A stretch of DNA of 63,813 nucleotides, filler included, from Candidatus Omnitrophota bacterium (GCA_015233495.1; 16 parts of 15 records of this genome joined end to end with filler, not necessarily neighbours in it); one strand, 5' to 3'. Positions 42,375 through 52,931 are shown, counted from the first letter of the whole stretch. Program-made: numbers and translations. Notes: generated by a model from the sequence alone, not told the origin.

Positions 42375-43628
42375 TTATTGCGAAACAGCGTTAAAAATTT
42401 TAACCGTTTGTTCGATCAACCGGCTTCGCTCATATTCAGCGACCGCGACGGGGTCGGGTTGAAATTCTTTTGATTCTCCCTTACGCCAGTTTTCCAATAT
42501 GGCTTTTAATTGTTGCCGCATGGTGTCCGGTTGATAGGACAAAACATATCCGGTTTTAGTTTTTTTAATAATCTGCGCCGCATCACCGTCCTCCGGGACC
42601 AAGGCCAGAACGGGTTTGCCTAATCGCAAATAATAATACAATTTGGACGGTGTATGCCATTTCGCTGTAGGCAACGTGACCAGTAATAAAAAATCTCCTC
42701 CCGCAGCGAAATCCAAGGCCTTGTATTGCGGCAAATTTGAAATCAGTGTCAGATTGGGAAGATTGGCCGAACGCAACGTTTCGGAGGTGCGACCGATAAA
42801 TACAAATTCCGTTTCTGGCATGATCTCCGATACGTTTTTTAAAAAAGGCATGACTTGTTCTTGGAATCCCCAGTAAGACCCACCCAAAAATGTAATGTTT
42901 AAACGGCCAGGATAAAGGGCCCGCGGGTTTAAGGCCTTGAAATCCTGCTCGCAATACCCGTCGGTGATAACCGTGACCTTGCCTTGGCTGACTTGATAGT
43001 CGTTGCACAATTGTTGTTTCAGCCTGGGGTGGATCGTGATGATATGATTGGCGTAGTCCAGAATTGCCTTTTCTCCTCTCCTAATTCGGGCATTTAATAA
43101 ATTGTATAAGGGGGGAATCAATGTGTGCTGAAGATAACCATGGAGATAGTCATTGGTTGTCCAAGCATCAAGGAGCTCGGCAACCCACGGGACACGAAAT
43201 TCCTTCTTCAATTGCATGGCGACAAATGCCGTTGTATACGATGGCGACCCGCTATAAATCAAATCAATCTTTTTTGTTTTTAATATTTCCCTTGCCTTGT
43301 TTAAGGCCGGGCGATACCAAGTTTGAATGTGGTCGGGAAATTCATAATTGACCCTGAGTTTCTCCCGAATAAATTGCCATGCCTTTGCCGGTTCTTTGTG
43401 GCCGATCCGGTGAACTTGGATTTGAGGGTTTAAAAAATTTAAAAGACTGTAATCTTTCGGATAACTGACTGTCTCAGCGGCGGAAACCACAATGGGCTGC
43501 CATCCTAAATCGGGTAAAAACCGGATGAGTTTAAACCCGCCGACCATCGAACCAAGTAACGGAGGGAAATAATAATCGATCACTAAAATGTTTTTCAACC
43601 GGGATTCTCCTTTTGGCTGATTAGACAT
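42375..43628 (-). CDS. GT4-like glycosyltransferase
   Basis: DYYFPP, ELLDAW, ITDGY, PSKLYYYL; paralogous to 36842-38125. Confidence 0.85.
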   Translation of the reverse strand: MSNQPKGESRLKNILVIDYYFPPLLGSMVGGFKLIRFLPDLGWQPIVVSAAETVSYPKDYSLLNFLNPQIQVHRIGHKEPAKAWQFIREKLRVNYEFPDHIQTWYRPALNKAREILKTKKIDLIYSGSPSYTTAFVAMQLKKEFRVPWVAELLDAWTTNDYLHGYLQHTLIPPLYNLLNARIRRGEKAILDYANHIITIHPRLKQQLCNDYQVSQGKVTVITDGYCEQDFKALNPRALYPGRLNITFLGGSYWGFQEQVMPFLKNVSEIMPETEFVFIGRTSETLRSANLPNLTLISNLPQYKALDFAAGGDFLLLVTLPTAKWHTPSKLYYYLRLGKPVLALVPEDGDAAQIIKKTKTGYVLSYQPDTMRQQLKAILENWRKGESKEFQPDPVAVAEYERSRLIEQTVKIFNAVSQ

Positions 43629-45117
43629 ATCGCTTTCGAAAAATAAATGAAAAGATCCCTTCTGCCAAATGCATCAAGTTGATTTTTTCTGAGGGGCTTA
43701 AAAAACCTCTCCCCGACCAGCTTAAAGCCAAAAATGAACCGATACCGACGATGACTTTGGCCATTAAAGACAGCCATGGACTATGAAAATTTAACGGCCA
43801 ACTCAAGGCAAAAGCAATCCCCATATAACCTAGACCTTTTAAAACTCTAAGCCAAGGATAACCAACATCAAATAAAACGTTGACCCATTTATCCAAAATA
43901 ATAATCAACATAAAAAATGCAATGAATGTCGAAATGGCGGCCCCCCATGCGCCTAACCGGGGGATAAGAAATAAATTAAGCACGATATTCAATGCTGCGG
44001 TGATGAAACAAACGTAGGAATTGATTTCCGTTTTTTTGATAAGCAGGCCAGATAAGGTCATCGGGATCGTTAAAAAATATAAAAATGGCGCCCAGGTCAG
44101 GACGGGAATCAGTTCTCCAGCCTTGAGATATCCGACAGCATTTCCTCCCGGTTTGACCAAAATGCGTAATATTTCCGGCCCTGCGAGCCCGATGAGAAGA
44201 TAAAGTATGCCGCCGGCCAGGAAAAAATAGATCATCATTTTTTGGAGCAATTCCTTGGTCTGGGGCAAGGGGTGTTCCGCCGCAAAACCAAAAAAGAACG
44301 GATCCATGAAAAGCGAAACCGGTGTCGTAAGAAATATAACAAAGATGTTGGCAAACGTGTAAGCCAATGAATAAACCCCGACGGCGGATTCGCTGCTAAA
44401 GTGATTCAATAAAAGCCGGTCTGAAACATCCAGCGACCACACGGCCAGGCCGCTGAAAATATAGGGAACACCCAGCCGCAACAATTTTATTAAAAATACC
44501 TTGTCCGGAAAAACATTTAAATGTTGACGGACAATCGGGAACATCCCGAAAAACGTTATGACTGTGGCTATGGCGGTTGATTCAAAATAACCAGGGATAC
44601 CGCGTTTTAAATACACGATAAAATATAATTTAAAACTGAAATCTAGAAAGAATCCCAATAATGAAAAACCGACAAATTGAAGGGCTCTCTTTTCCAAACG
44701 CAGCAGATAAAAAGGAATAGTCCGAACCATGGTGAAGAAAAAAATAAGACCGATCATGCGGATCGGGTAAATCTGGAGGTCGGTTTTGAACAAAAGGCGT
44801 GAAAGGACATGTCCTTGGGTGTAAATAATTGTCCCCCCGACAACAGCCATAAAAAAGTACCACACGTAGGAACTGCAAACCAAACGGGACTTTACTGCCC
44901 CCTCGTTTTCATAGAAAAGACGAGTCAGGCCGTTGACCACGCCGGCGCTGCTTAACAAAGTTAACAACGAAATGACGACGGATAATACAGATATGACGCC
45001 GTATTCCGCCGGGCTGAAACACCGCAGGTAAAGCGGCAGGAGGATTAAATTGAGACCGGTTTGCAACAGGTTACCGATGCCGTACGTCACAAATTTTTTA
45101 AAAATATCTCTGATCAT
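43621..45117 (-). CDS. wzx: Oligosaccharide flippase (Wzx-like)
   Basis: Multi-TM; ILLPLY...PAEYG, DRLLL...VGVYSLA, LNLFLIP.LGAWGAA. Confidence 0.9.
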   Translation of the reverse strand: MIRDIFKKFVTYGIGNLLQTGLNLILLPLYLRCFSPAEYGVISVLSVVISLLTLLSSAGVVNGLTRLFYENEGAVKSRLVCSSYVWYFFMAVVGGTIIYTQGHVLSRLLFKTDLQIYPIRMIGLIFFFTMVRTIPFYLLRLEKRALQFVGFSLLGFFLDFSFKLYFIVYLKRGIPGYFESTAIATVITFFGMFPIVRQHLNVFPDKVFLIKLLRLGVPYIFSGLAVWSLDVSDRLLLNHFSSESAVGVYSLAYTFANIFVIFLTTPVSLFMDPFFFGFAAEHPLPQTKELLQKMMIYFFLAGGILYLLIGLAGPEILRILVKPGGNAVGYLKAGELIPVLTWAPFLYFLTIPMTLSGLLIKKTEINSYVCFITAALNIVLNLFLIPRLGAWGAAISTFIAFFMLIIILDKWVNVLFDVGYPWLRVLKGLGYMGIAFALSWPLNFHSPWLSLMAKVIVGIGSFLALSWSGRGFLSPSEKINLMHLAEGIFSFIFRKRYV

Positions 45118-45126
45118 CGCAGATTC

Positions 45127-45924
45127 TTATTTGTGATTGTCCTGACCGAGCCTTGCTAAAACGTAAATGATCCGATGTTCTTTATCCAACTTACTCGACG
45201 GAACAGGCACAATAGGTATGTCTTGGGTCAGCAAAATGTCTGTCTTATCAATCTCATTTTTAAGGACGACATTGACCTTTTTTTTCATCAAAAATTTTTT
45301 TATCCCGGTGTCCAGATGAAGGCCACTTAAACATTTCGTGCCGAGACTCATCAAGGACGAAACAAGTTTTTGCAAACGCCTCCGTATCGGAGCAGGCACA
45401 ATAAAAGCCCCAAAAAAATCCGCATGGAACCCGTGGTTTGAAAATAGCGACGAAAGTTCTGGGACCGAATAATACCGTCGGCTTAAAACACTCGGTTGAA
45501 AATCCGGAATGTGTTTGTTCGGGGTATTGATGAGAAGTTGGCCGTCGGGTTGCAATAACCGGCGGCATTCATTTAAAAACAACGGAAGTTCAAGGTAAAT
45601 AACCGCAGCGACACAGACAATGACATCGAACGACTTATCTTTGAACGGCAAATGATGCGCATCCATGCCGACAAGTTTGCTCCTTGTTCCATAATAATCT
45701 CTGGCCTGTTGAAGACTGGCTCGGGTGATGTCCCCACCGACATAAATCGCCGATATTTTTGATAAATACCCAAGGCCCAAGGCCGGACCGCAACCGACTT
45801 CAAGAACTTTCTTGCCTGACACATATTGTGAAACCCAATAATAGCGGTGTGCAATGATCTTCAGTGTATCTAAATTGATGACCCTCCCGGGCAATTCGGT
45901 CTCGGATATAAATGATACTGGCAT
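45127..45924 (-). CDS. Class I SAM methyltransferase
   Basis: HRYYW, VLEVGCGP, DAHHLPF.DKSFD. Confidence 0.88.
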   Translation of the reverse strand: MPVSFISETELPGRVINLDTLKIIAHRYYWVSQYVSGKKVLEVGCGPALGLGYLSKISAIYVGGDITRASLQQARDYYGTRSKLVGMDAHHLPFKDKSFDVIVCVAAVIYLELPLFLNECRRLLQPDGQLLINTPNKHIPDFQPSVLSRRYYSVPELSSLFSNHGFHADFFGAFIVPAPIRRRLQKLVSSLMSLGTKCLSGLHLDTGIKKFLMKKKVNVVLKNEIDKTDILLTQDIPIVPVPSSKLDKEHRIIYVLARLGQDNHK

Positions 45925-45952
45925 CGGCGTTCAGTCATTCTTTAAAAAAAAT

Positions 45953-46939
45953 TTAGGGTTTTTCCAAAAACAAATTGATATGATCTTTCCATCCCGTGCA
46001 GAGCTGCATGAGCTCGGCCACATGATGAACTTGCCTTAAATTGTTCTGGGCCGCTTTATCCGCCATCGAATAGTCATGCTCGACGACAAACATTTTAAAA
46101 TGAAACTCTTCCAACAGCCGCCGGGCGAATTCTTCGGGGGATTGTCCCATCTTGGTGATCAATAATGGGAAAAATTCGATAAACATAACTAAATGATCAT
46201 TCGCTTTGATCAGGTTCTCCATACCGGTCAATGCCAATAACTCGGCCCCCTCCACGTCCATTTTGATGACATTGACCGGGCGTAATTTGTCTTTAAAAAA
46301 ATCGTCGAGACGAACTTTTTCGATTTCCACAAAATCTTTTTTTTCAGCGACAAATTGTGGATTATACGATTGAATCCCGTCATATTGTTGGATCGTATGA
46401 TGTCCAGTATCATAATGGCAAATATAAAGTTTGACCGTCCCGGTTTGCTCCCCGACAGCCTTTTGAAAAGCCGTCGCCTGCTTATACCCATTCAATTCGA
46501 GATTCTTTCGCAAAAAACCGTAATTACGCGGTTCCGGTTCGAAAGAATAAACTTTTCCCTTTTCCCCGACGAGCTTGGCGGCCAAAAGCGAAAAATAGCC
46601 AATGTTGGCTCCAAGGTCCAAAACCGTGAATCCGGGCTTGACAATTTTTTGGAACAGGGCCGTCGTGCATTCCTCATGGACGCGATGAAAAGCATAAGCG
46701 CGAAACGTGTTGCGCATGGCTGGATCTGGATGAAATACGTCCACATACATTTTGCTCCCCTGAATCTCGATTTCATTTTTGCCTGACCAAAGCGCCTTAA
46801 TGAAAAATTCATAAATCGCATAACGAAACGGTATAAATTTCCCGAGGCCGGTCCTCATAAAAAAATCACGGACGTTCTGCAGGGAAGAGAGTAAACTCGT
46901 TTTCATTTTTACTAACATAACTTCATGCCCCTTTTTCAA
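45953..46939 (-). CDS. FkbM family methyltransferase
   Basis: LDLGANIGYFS, SFEPEP, IKMDVEGAE. Confidence 0.92.
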   Translation of the reverse strand: MKKGHEVMLVKMKTSLLSSLQNVRDFFMRTGLGKFIPFRYAIYEFFIKALWSGKNEIEIQGSKMYVDVFHPDPAMRNTFRAYAFHRVHEECTTALFQKIVKPGFTVLDLGANIGYFSLLAAKLVGEKGKVYSFEPEPRNYGFLRKNLELNGYKQATAFQKAVGEQTGTVKLYICHYDTGHHTIQQYDGIQSYNPQFVAEKKDFVEIEKVRLDDFFKDKLRPVNVIKMDVEGAELLALTGMENLIKANDHLVMFIEFFPLLITKMGQSPEEFARRLLEEFHFKMFVVEHDYSMADKAAQNNLRQVHHVAELMQLCTGWKDHINLFLEKP

Positions 46940-46952
46940 TGGATCAAACTGG

Positions 46953-48071
46953 TTAATGTTTAATTAGATTTTGGTAAATTAATGAAACTTTATTCATTTC
47001 CACATGATAACTATTACGCATTGCAATGACCTCCCGACCTTTGGCCGCCATCTGTTGTGCCTGGACCGGATTTGCCAGTAAGTGAACTATTTTCTCGGCG
47101 AGAGTTGTCGCATCTTTGAGCGGGAAGAGAAAACCGCTCACCCCTTCCTCGACCCATTTTTTATTATCGCCAAAATCGCTGATGACAACCGGCACTTGGC
47201 TGGCCATGGCTTCCGCCGTGCTGGCGGCTAAACCGCCGTCGGACAAAGATGCGGAAACATAAACATCGATTGACGCCATGAACATTTGGAGATCTTGGTC
47301 AGAAAGCCGCCCGGTAAAAATGACTTTATCGTTGATCCCTAATTCCTTGGCCAGGGCCATCAGGTTTTGTTTCTCAGGGCCGTCACTGCAGACAAGAAAC
47401 CGGGCCTGCGGTTGTTCGCTTGAAACAAGGACGGCGGCGCGGATAAACGTCGGAATATCGTATATGGGTTTCAGTTCGCGAAAACTGCCAACCAATTGAG
47501 CGTCCTGGTCCAGATTCCAACGTTGTCTGATCTCTTTATTTTTTTTCGAGGGATTAAAATCGCGTGTATTTGTTCCAAAAAAAATGATATGAATATTTTT
47601 TTCCGGCGCTCCATAAACGACTAATTCCCGTTTCAAGTGCTCCGCGTCGCAAATAAACGCACGGCTGTTTTTTATAAGCTGTTTGATTGCCCACCGTGTC
47701 ATGAGACTATGTTTTGGTTGGATCAAAATATCCGATCCCCAAGGCGTAATAACGATGGGACAGCGCAGGCCCAGGAGCATAAGCCAGTGACTTGGCTGGA
47801 TGCGATGAACATGAATAATATCTGGACGGACGCCCTTGATCAGAATTCTCAACTTAATAAATAACGGATATAAATGGAACGCGATTCCGATAAGATTTTG
47901 CGGCGTTTCCCAGACATGAACCTGCACACCTCTGAGCTCGCCGGTCAGTTTTTCAAAGCTCACCACATGAACTTCATGTCCCTCGTCGGCGAAATACTGA
48001 ACCCAGCGACGGGCGTGTATGCTGTTTAACGGCGCGAGAAACAGCAACCTTAATTTTCTTTCAGCAGTCAT
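46953..48071 (-). CDS. GT4 glycosyltransferase
   Basis: SIHARRW, PWGSDI, SLSDGG...EAMA. Confidence 0.88.
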   Translation of the reverse strand: MTAERKLRLLFLAPLNSIHARRWVQYFADEGHEVHVVSFEKLTGELRGVQVHVWETPQNLIGIAFHLYPLFIKLRILIKGVRPDIIHVHRIQPSHWLMLLGLRCPIVITPWGSDILIQPKHSLMTRWAIKQLIKNSRAFICDAEHLKRELVVYGAPEKNIHIIFFGTNTRDFNPSKKNKEIRQRWNLDQDAQLVGSFRELKPIYDIPTFIRAAVLVSSEQPQARFLVCSDGPEKQNLMALAKELGINDKVIFTGRLSDQDLQMFMASIDVYVSASLSDGGLAASTAEAMASQVPVVISDFGDNKKWVEEGVSGFLFPLKDATTLAEKIVHLLANPVQAQQMAAKGREVIAMRNSYHVEMNKVSLIYQNLIKH

Positions 48072-48786
48072 CTTTCAAAAATTCCTTTTTGCGTTTTTCA
48101 AATTCCTGATTCGCCTGCTCAAAGTCGGCATGTTGTCCGACATCGATCCAATAATAATTTTCGTTGGACATATATCCGAAAACGTTATCGCCATCGGCGA
48201 TCATCTTTTCGATCAAAATATTCAAGTCCAGCCTCTTTCCTTTTTCAATATAACGCAGGGCCCGCCGGTTGTAGATATAAATGCCGATATTGTCTTTATA
48301 TGTGTAGACCGGTTTTTCATCAAACTTTTTGACTTTCGATTCTTCGTCAAGGGTGAGGATGCCTAACGCGATCTGAACTTTCTTTTCTCCGACCGCCACG
48401 GTCAGCGATGATCCTTTTTCCTGATGAAAGCGGTAAAAATTTTCATAATTCAACGTCGTCAGGATATCTCCATTAATAACCAAAAAATTCTCGTCCAGAT
48501 CGTCGATTAATGACAGCGCACCGGCGGTTCCCAGCGGTTGGTCCTCGCGCACGTACCGCAACCGGATACCGTCCAGACTCTTTGACCGGTCCCGGAAATA
48601 CAATTCAATCATATCGCCTAAATAACCGAGGGAAATCACAATGTCTTTAAAGCCATAAAAAGCCAATTGCCGGATGATCGTCTCAATGATGGGCTGTCCG
48701 CCCACCGGCAACATGGGTTTGGGGAAAACCATGGTATAAGGAGCCAGCCGCGTCCCTTTGCCTCCTGCCAATATGACTGCCTGCAT
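48061..48786 (-). CDS. Sugar-1-phosphate nucleotidyltransferase
   Basis: ILAGGKGTRL.P.T...PKPM, EDQPLGTAG, NGDILT, WIDVG. Confidence 0.92.
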   Translation of the reverse strand: MQAVILAGGKGTRLAPYTMVFPKPMLPVGGQPIIETIIRQLAFYGFKDIVISLGYLGDMIELYFRDRSKSLDGIRLRYVREDQPLGTAGALSLIDDLDENFLVINGDILTTLNYENFYRFHQEKGSSLTVAVGEKKVQIALGILTLDEESKVKKFDEKPVYTYKDNIGIYIYNRRALRYIEKGKRLDLNILIEKMIADGDNVFGYMSNENYYWIDVGQHADFEQANQEFEKRKKEFLKDDC

Positions 48787-48795
48787 ATATTCTCC

Positions 48796-49902
48796 CTAAC
48801 GTTTAAAAAAACGGCCAACGTTATCAATGACGTAACGGATTTCCTCGTCGGACAAAGCCGGGTGCATCGGCAAAGAAACAACTTCTTGGGAAATGCTCTC
48901 CGTATTCGGCAAATGAAATTTCGTCAACCCCAAATTTTTATGGTGATGATTCGGCGTCTTCCAGGAAATGAGCGTCCCGATCTTCTGGGCGGATAAATGT
49001 TTGACCAACGCGTCCCGCTGCTTCGTGCGGATGACATAATTTTGAAACGAATCGAAATGTTCGCCGTCATTTGGCGCCGGCGGCAATTTCACCTCCTTGA
49101 TCCCGGATAACCCTTGATCATATAATGCCGCGATGGCCCGTCGGCGATGGATCATGTCCGGCAAATGTTTCAACAGGACATTTAAAATACCGGCCTGCAA
49201 ATTATCCAAACGGCTGTTCCATCCCCAAAATAAAATATCGCCTTTCACCCGGTCTTGGCCATTGTCTCTTAAACATCTCAACTGATAATTCAGGTCCGGA
49301 TCGTTTGTCGTGATCGCGCCGCCGTCGCCAAAACAACCTAAAATTTTAAAAGGATAAAAACTATTCGTGGATAAATCTCCAAAAGACCCAGCCTTTTTCC
49401 CTTTATAAATCGCCCCGATCCCTTGGGCTGAATCTTCAACAATGAACAAATTGTGTTTTTTGGCAATGCCCATGATCCGGTCCATGTCACAGGCCCGGCC
49501 GTTCAAATGCACGACAATGATCGCTTTTGTCTTCGCCGTGATGGCCGGTTCGATCAAGTCCACATTGATATTATAATCGTCGTCGACATCAACCAAAACC
49601 GGGGTCGCGCCGGCATGGACAATGGCCGCGATTGTGGCGATAAAAGTATGCGCCACTGTGATCACTTCGTCGCCGGGACCGACCCCTAATATTTTCAACG
49701 ACAAATTGATCGCATCGCTCCCGTTGGCGACTCCGACGGAAAAGTCGGTTCCCACGAACTGCGCAAAATTGCGCTCAAACGCCAGGAGATCATCACGCAT
49801 GATAAAATCGGCCCTGTTAAAAATGACATCCTCGATGACCCCTCTCACGTCTTCTTTATAGGGCGCGATTTGTTTCGGTAGATCCACAAACGGTACTTGC
49901 AT
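48796..49902 (-). CDS. DegT-family PLP sugar aminotransferase
   Basis: ANGSDA, EDSAQ, SFYPFKILGCFGDGG, NSRLDNLQA. Confidence 0.92.
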   Translation of the reverse strand: MQVPFVDLPKQIAPYKEDVRGVIEDVIFNRADFIMRDDLLAFERNFAQFVGTDFSVGVANGSDAINLSLKILGVGPGDEVITVAHTFIATIAAIVHAGATPVLVDVDDDYNINVDLIEPAITAKTKAIIVVHLNGRACDMDRIMGIAKKHNLFIVEDSAQGIGAIYKGKKAGSFGDLSTNSFYPFKILGCFGDGGAITTNDPDLNYQLRCLRDNGQDRVKGDILFWGWNSRLDNLQAGILNVLLKHLPDMIHRRRAIAALYDQGLSGIKEVKLPPAPNDGEHFDSFQNYVIRTKQRDALVKHLSAQKIGTLISWKTPNHHHKNLGLTKFHLPNTESISQEVVSLPMHPALSDEEIRYVIDNVGRFFKR

Positions 49903-49919
49903 GTTCTCGCCTTTCCTCA

Positions 49920-50912
49920 TCAATGAACGTTTTGTTTGTCATGGATGATGTCTTGACAACCCTTGATGATTTCCACATGGGTCGGATAATAGATTTTTTC
50001 CAAAGTCTTGGAAGACGGCGCCGGCAAATCGGGTAATGTTAATCTTTTAACCGGCGTCTTCAATAACGCGAAACCCTCGTCGGCAACCAAGGCGGCGATT
50101 TCTGCCGCGACCCCGCCGGTTTTCCACCCGCCGTCCACGATCAATAACCGGCCGGTCTTTTTTAACGAATGAATGATGGTGGTTATATCCATTGGTTTGA
50201 TGGAACGAAGATCAATCAGTTCCGGATTAATGCCTTGCTTGGTTAATTCCACTATGGCTTTTTGACATTCCACCATCATGTAGGAATAGGAAACAATGGT
50301 GATATCAGTCCCTTCGCGGACGAGTTTCGCCTGTCCGATCGGCACTCGGTAATCCTCCTCCGGGACTTCCATTTCCTCGTCGTAAAGCCATCTGTCCTCA
50401 ATGTATAAGACCGGATTATCGTCTTCCACGGCTTCAATCAACAATCCTTTGGCATCAAACGCATTCGACGGCATGACGATTTTTAAGCCTGGGACATGCA
50501 TAAACAAGGCCTGCAGCGCCTGGGAATGTTGGGCCGCTTGTTCGCCGCCGCGGTTGATAATGGCCCGGATCGTCAGCGGGATCGAGACATTCCCGCCGAA
50601 CGTATAATTCAAAATCGCGGCATGGTTGCAGATCTGGTCCATCGCGTAATACATAAAATCCATCCGGGGAAACGTCAGGATTGGCCGCATGCCCGTCAAG
50701 GCCGAACCGACGGAAATGCCGGTGATCCCGTTTTCGGAAACCGGAGTGTCAATCATCCTCGTTTCGCCGAAAGAATCCAACAACCCTTTCATCGTATTTC
50801 CGACATACCAGGGCGTGTTGATGCCAACCCCGATTTGAAAAACGCGATCATCATTGGCCATCACCTGATGGAACGCTTCGTTAATGGCTTGGGCGTAAGA
50901 AATTTTTCTCAT
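49920..50912 (-). CDS. TPP-dependent E1 beta-like subunit (sugar-cluster carboligase)
   Basis: DTPVSE, GMRP, AQHSQ, DAKGLL, DLRSIKPMD. Confidence 0.9.
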   Translation of the reverse strand: MRKISYAQAINEAFHQVMANDDRVFQIGVGINTPWYVGNTMKGLLDSFGETRMIDTPVSENGITGISVGSALTGMRPILTFPRMDFMYYAMDQICNHAAILNYTFGGNVSIPLTIRAIINRGGEQAAQHSQALQALFMHVPGLKIVMPSNAFDAKGLLIEAVEDDNPVLYIEDRWLYDEEMEVPEEDYRVPIGQAKLVREGTDITIVSYSYMMVECQKAIVELTKQGINPELIDLRSIKPMDITTIIHSLKKTGRLLIVDGGWKTGGVAAEIAALVADEGFALLKTPVKRLTLPDLPAPSSKTLEKIYYPTHVEIIKGCQDIIHDKQNVH

Positions 50913-50919
50913 ATTTTCT

Positions 50920-51909
50920 TCACACGGTTTCCTTGTATAGCCCGTCATAAATATCCGTTTCTTTCGGATAAGGGCTTGTTCGCGCGAAAGCCACGGTTTT
51001 TTCCACTTTGGCGACGATATCCCGTTGCATACGGACAAACTGATCTTCTGATAACTCATTCATCCGGAACAACAAATCTCTAACATGTTTTATCGGACAT
51101 CGGCTTTTCCAATGATCAACGTCTTTCTTCAATCTGTACCCAATATCGAGATCATGGTCCGGGCCGACGTGCGCGAGCCAGCGATACGTCATACATTCGA
51201 GGAGAGACGGGCCTTTCCCTTCTTTCGCCCGGTCAATCATGGTTTTTGCTTCCTGATAAATTTCGACCGGATTGTTTCCGTCAACTCTTTTGGTGTTGAT
51301 ATTGAAATTGGCAATGCGTTGATACACCTCGGTGTTGGACTGGCGTTTAAAATCCGGCATATGCGTGGAAAATAAATTGTTTTCGCAGACAAACAGCATC
51401 GGCAGTTTATACAGCGTCGCGAAATTAACGCTCTCGTAAAATACGCCTTCATCCGTGGCGCCGTCGCCAAAAAAAGCGACGGACACATTTTTGTCTCCCA
51501 AGAATTTATTCGTCAAAGCCCCGCCGACCCCGAGGGGTATGGAACCAGCGACGATGGGCGAACTCCCCATAAAACCGACACGGGTATCAAGGACGTGCAT
51601 AGAACCGCCATGTCCGCGGGAACAACCTGTTTCTTTTCCGAATATTTCCGCCATCAAGGCGTTGAGATCGCCTCCTTTGGCAATGTAATGGCCATGGCTC
51701 CGGTGGGTGCTGAACACAAAATCGTTGCTGTCCAAATGGGCGCACACGCCAGCGGCTATGCCCTCTTGCCCGACGTATAAATGCACCGGACATTTGATTT
51801 CTTTTGATTCCGCCAGTTCAGCCGTTTTTTCTTCAAAGATGCGAATGGTCAACATCCGCCTCAAGATATCGGTCAAAAGAGCAGAGTCCATATGTTTTGG
51901 CGCGGTCAT
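50920..51909 (-). CDS. TPP-dependent E1 alpha-like subunit
   Basis: HLYVGQE, HRSHGH, GGSMH, FFGDGA...ENN TPP motif. Confidence 0.92.
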   Translation of the reverse strand: MTAPKHMDSALLTDILRRMLTIRIFEEKTAELAESKEIKCPVHLYVGQEGIAAGVCAHLDSNDFVFSTHRSHGHYIAKGGDLNALMAEIFGKETGCSRGHGGSMHVLDTRVGFMGSSPIVAGSIPLGVGGALTNKFLGDKNVSVAFFGDGATDEGVFYESVNFATLYKLPMLFVCENNLFSTHMPDFKRQSNTEVYQRIANFNINTKRVDGNNPVEIYQEAKTMIDRAKEGKGPSLLECMTYRWLAHVGPDHDLDIGYRLKKDVDHWKSRCPIKHVRDLLFRMNELSEDQFVRMQRDIVAKVEKTVAFARTSPYPKETDIYDGLYKETV

Positions 51910-51932
51910 GAATAGTCCTTGAAATTTTAACT

Positions 51933-52931
51933 TCAATAATTAAAAATATCGGTTTTATACATCGAGGTTACATTTTTACCACGAAACCATTGTATGGTTT
52001 CTTTCAAACCCTGGTCCAAAGAATATTTTTGTTCCCAATTCGTCAGGCGCATGATTTTTTCGTTGGATCCAAGGAGCCGGAAGACCTCGCTTCTTTGCGG
52101 TCTTTTCCGCCCAGGCTCGACGGCAATTTTCGCTTTCGAGTTGATTTGACCGATGATCTTATGCGCGATCTCCTCCATGGAAATCTCTTTCCCCGTCGCG
52201 ATGTTGATTTCTTCGCCGATCGTTTTATCCGATTTGGCGATTTCGATAAACCCCTGCACCGTATCCTTCACATAAGTAAAATCCCTCGTTGGAGTCAAAT
52301 CGCCCAATTTGATTTTGGACTTGCCGGCCAGAAGTTGGGTGATGACCGTCGGGATGATCGCCCGGGCCGATTGTCGCGGGCCATAGGTGTTGAACGGACG
52401 GACGATCGTAATGGGCATATCAAAACTACGATAGAAAGATTCCGCAAGCCGGTCCGCCCCGATTTTCGACGCGGAATACGGCGACTGGCCTTGAAAGGGA
52501 TGGTCCTCGTCGATCGGCACATACTTGGCCGTGCCATACACCTCGGACGTAGACGTCATCAAAATCCGTTGACAAGCTGAATCCCTTGCGGCCTGCAGAA
52601 CATTCAACGTCCCTTTGATGTTGGTATCAATGTAACTGTCAGGGGAATGATAACTATACGGGATGCCGATCAGGGCCGCTAAATGAAATACCACGTCGAT
52701 GTTTTTTAAAGCCGTTCTGACGCCGTTGGGATCCCTGACATCTCCGGTGAACACTTCAATTTTCTTGAGTTTGTCCGGCGGGATGTTTTCCAGCCATCCC
52801 CAGCTGTTAAACGAATTGTAATAAACAAACGCCTTGACCTGGCAGCCTTCGTTCAACAATTGTTCGACTAAATGACTTCCGATAAAACCGCAGGCGCCAG
52901 TCACTAAAATTTTTTTCCCCAATAATCGCAT
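51933..52931 (-). CDS. legB: NAD-dependent nucleotide-sugar 4,6-dehydratase (LegB-like)
   Basis: TGACGFIG, YNSFNSWGWL, LAALIGIPYSY, TSTSEVYG, SPYSASK, GPRQSARA. Confidence 0.85.
   Translation of the reverse strand: MRLLGKKILVTGACGFIGSHLVEQLLNEGCQVKAFVYYNSFNSWGWLENIPPDKLKKIEVFTGDVRDPNGVRTALKNIDVVFHLAALIGIPYSYHSPDSYIDTNIKGTLNVLQAARDSACQRILMTSTSEVYGTAKYVPIDEDHPFQGQSPYSASKIGADRLAESFYRSFDMPITIVRPFNTYGPRQSARAIIPTVITQLLAGKSKIKLGDLTPTRDFTYVKDTVQGFIEIAKSDKTIGEEINIATGKEISMEEIAHKIIGQINSKAKIAVEPGRKRPQRSEVFRLLGSNEKIMRLTNWEQKYSLDQGLKETIQWFRGKNVTSMYKTDIFNY

Noticed and set aside
49920..51909. Housekeeping pyruvate dehydrogenase E1
   Set aside because: No E2/E3 nearby, and the pair sits among sugar-nucleotide genes.
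48061..52931. Legionaminic acid pathway
   Set aside because: No NeuB-like synthase, hydrolysing epimerase or CMP-transferase on the scaffold.
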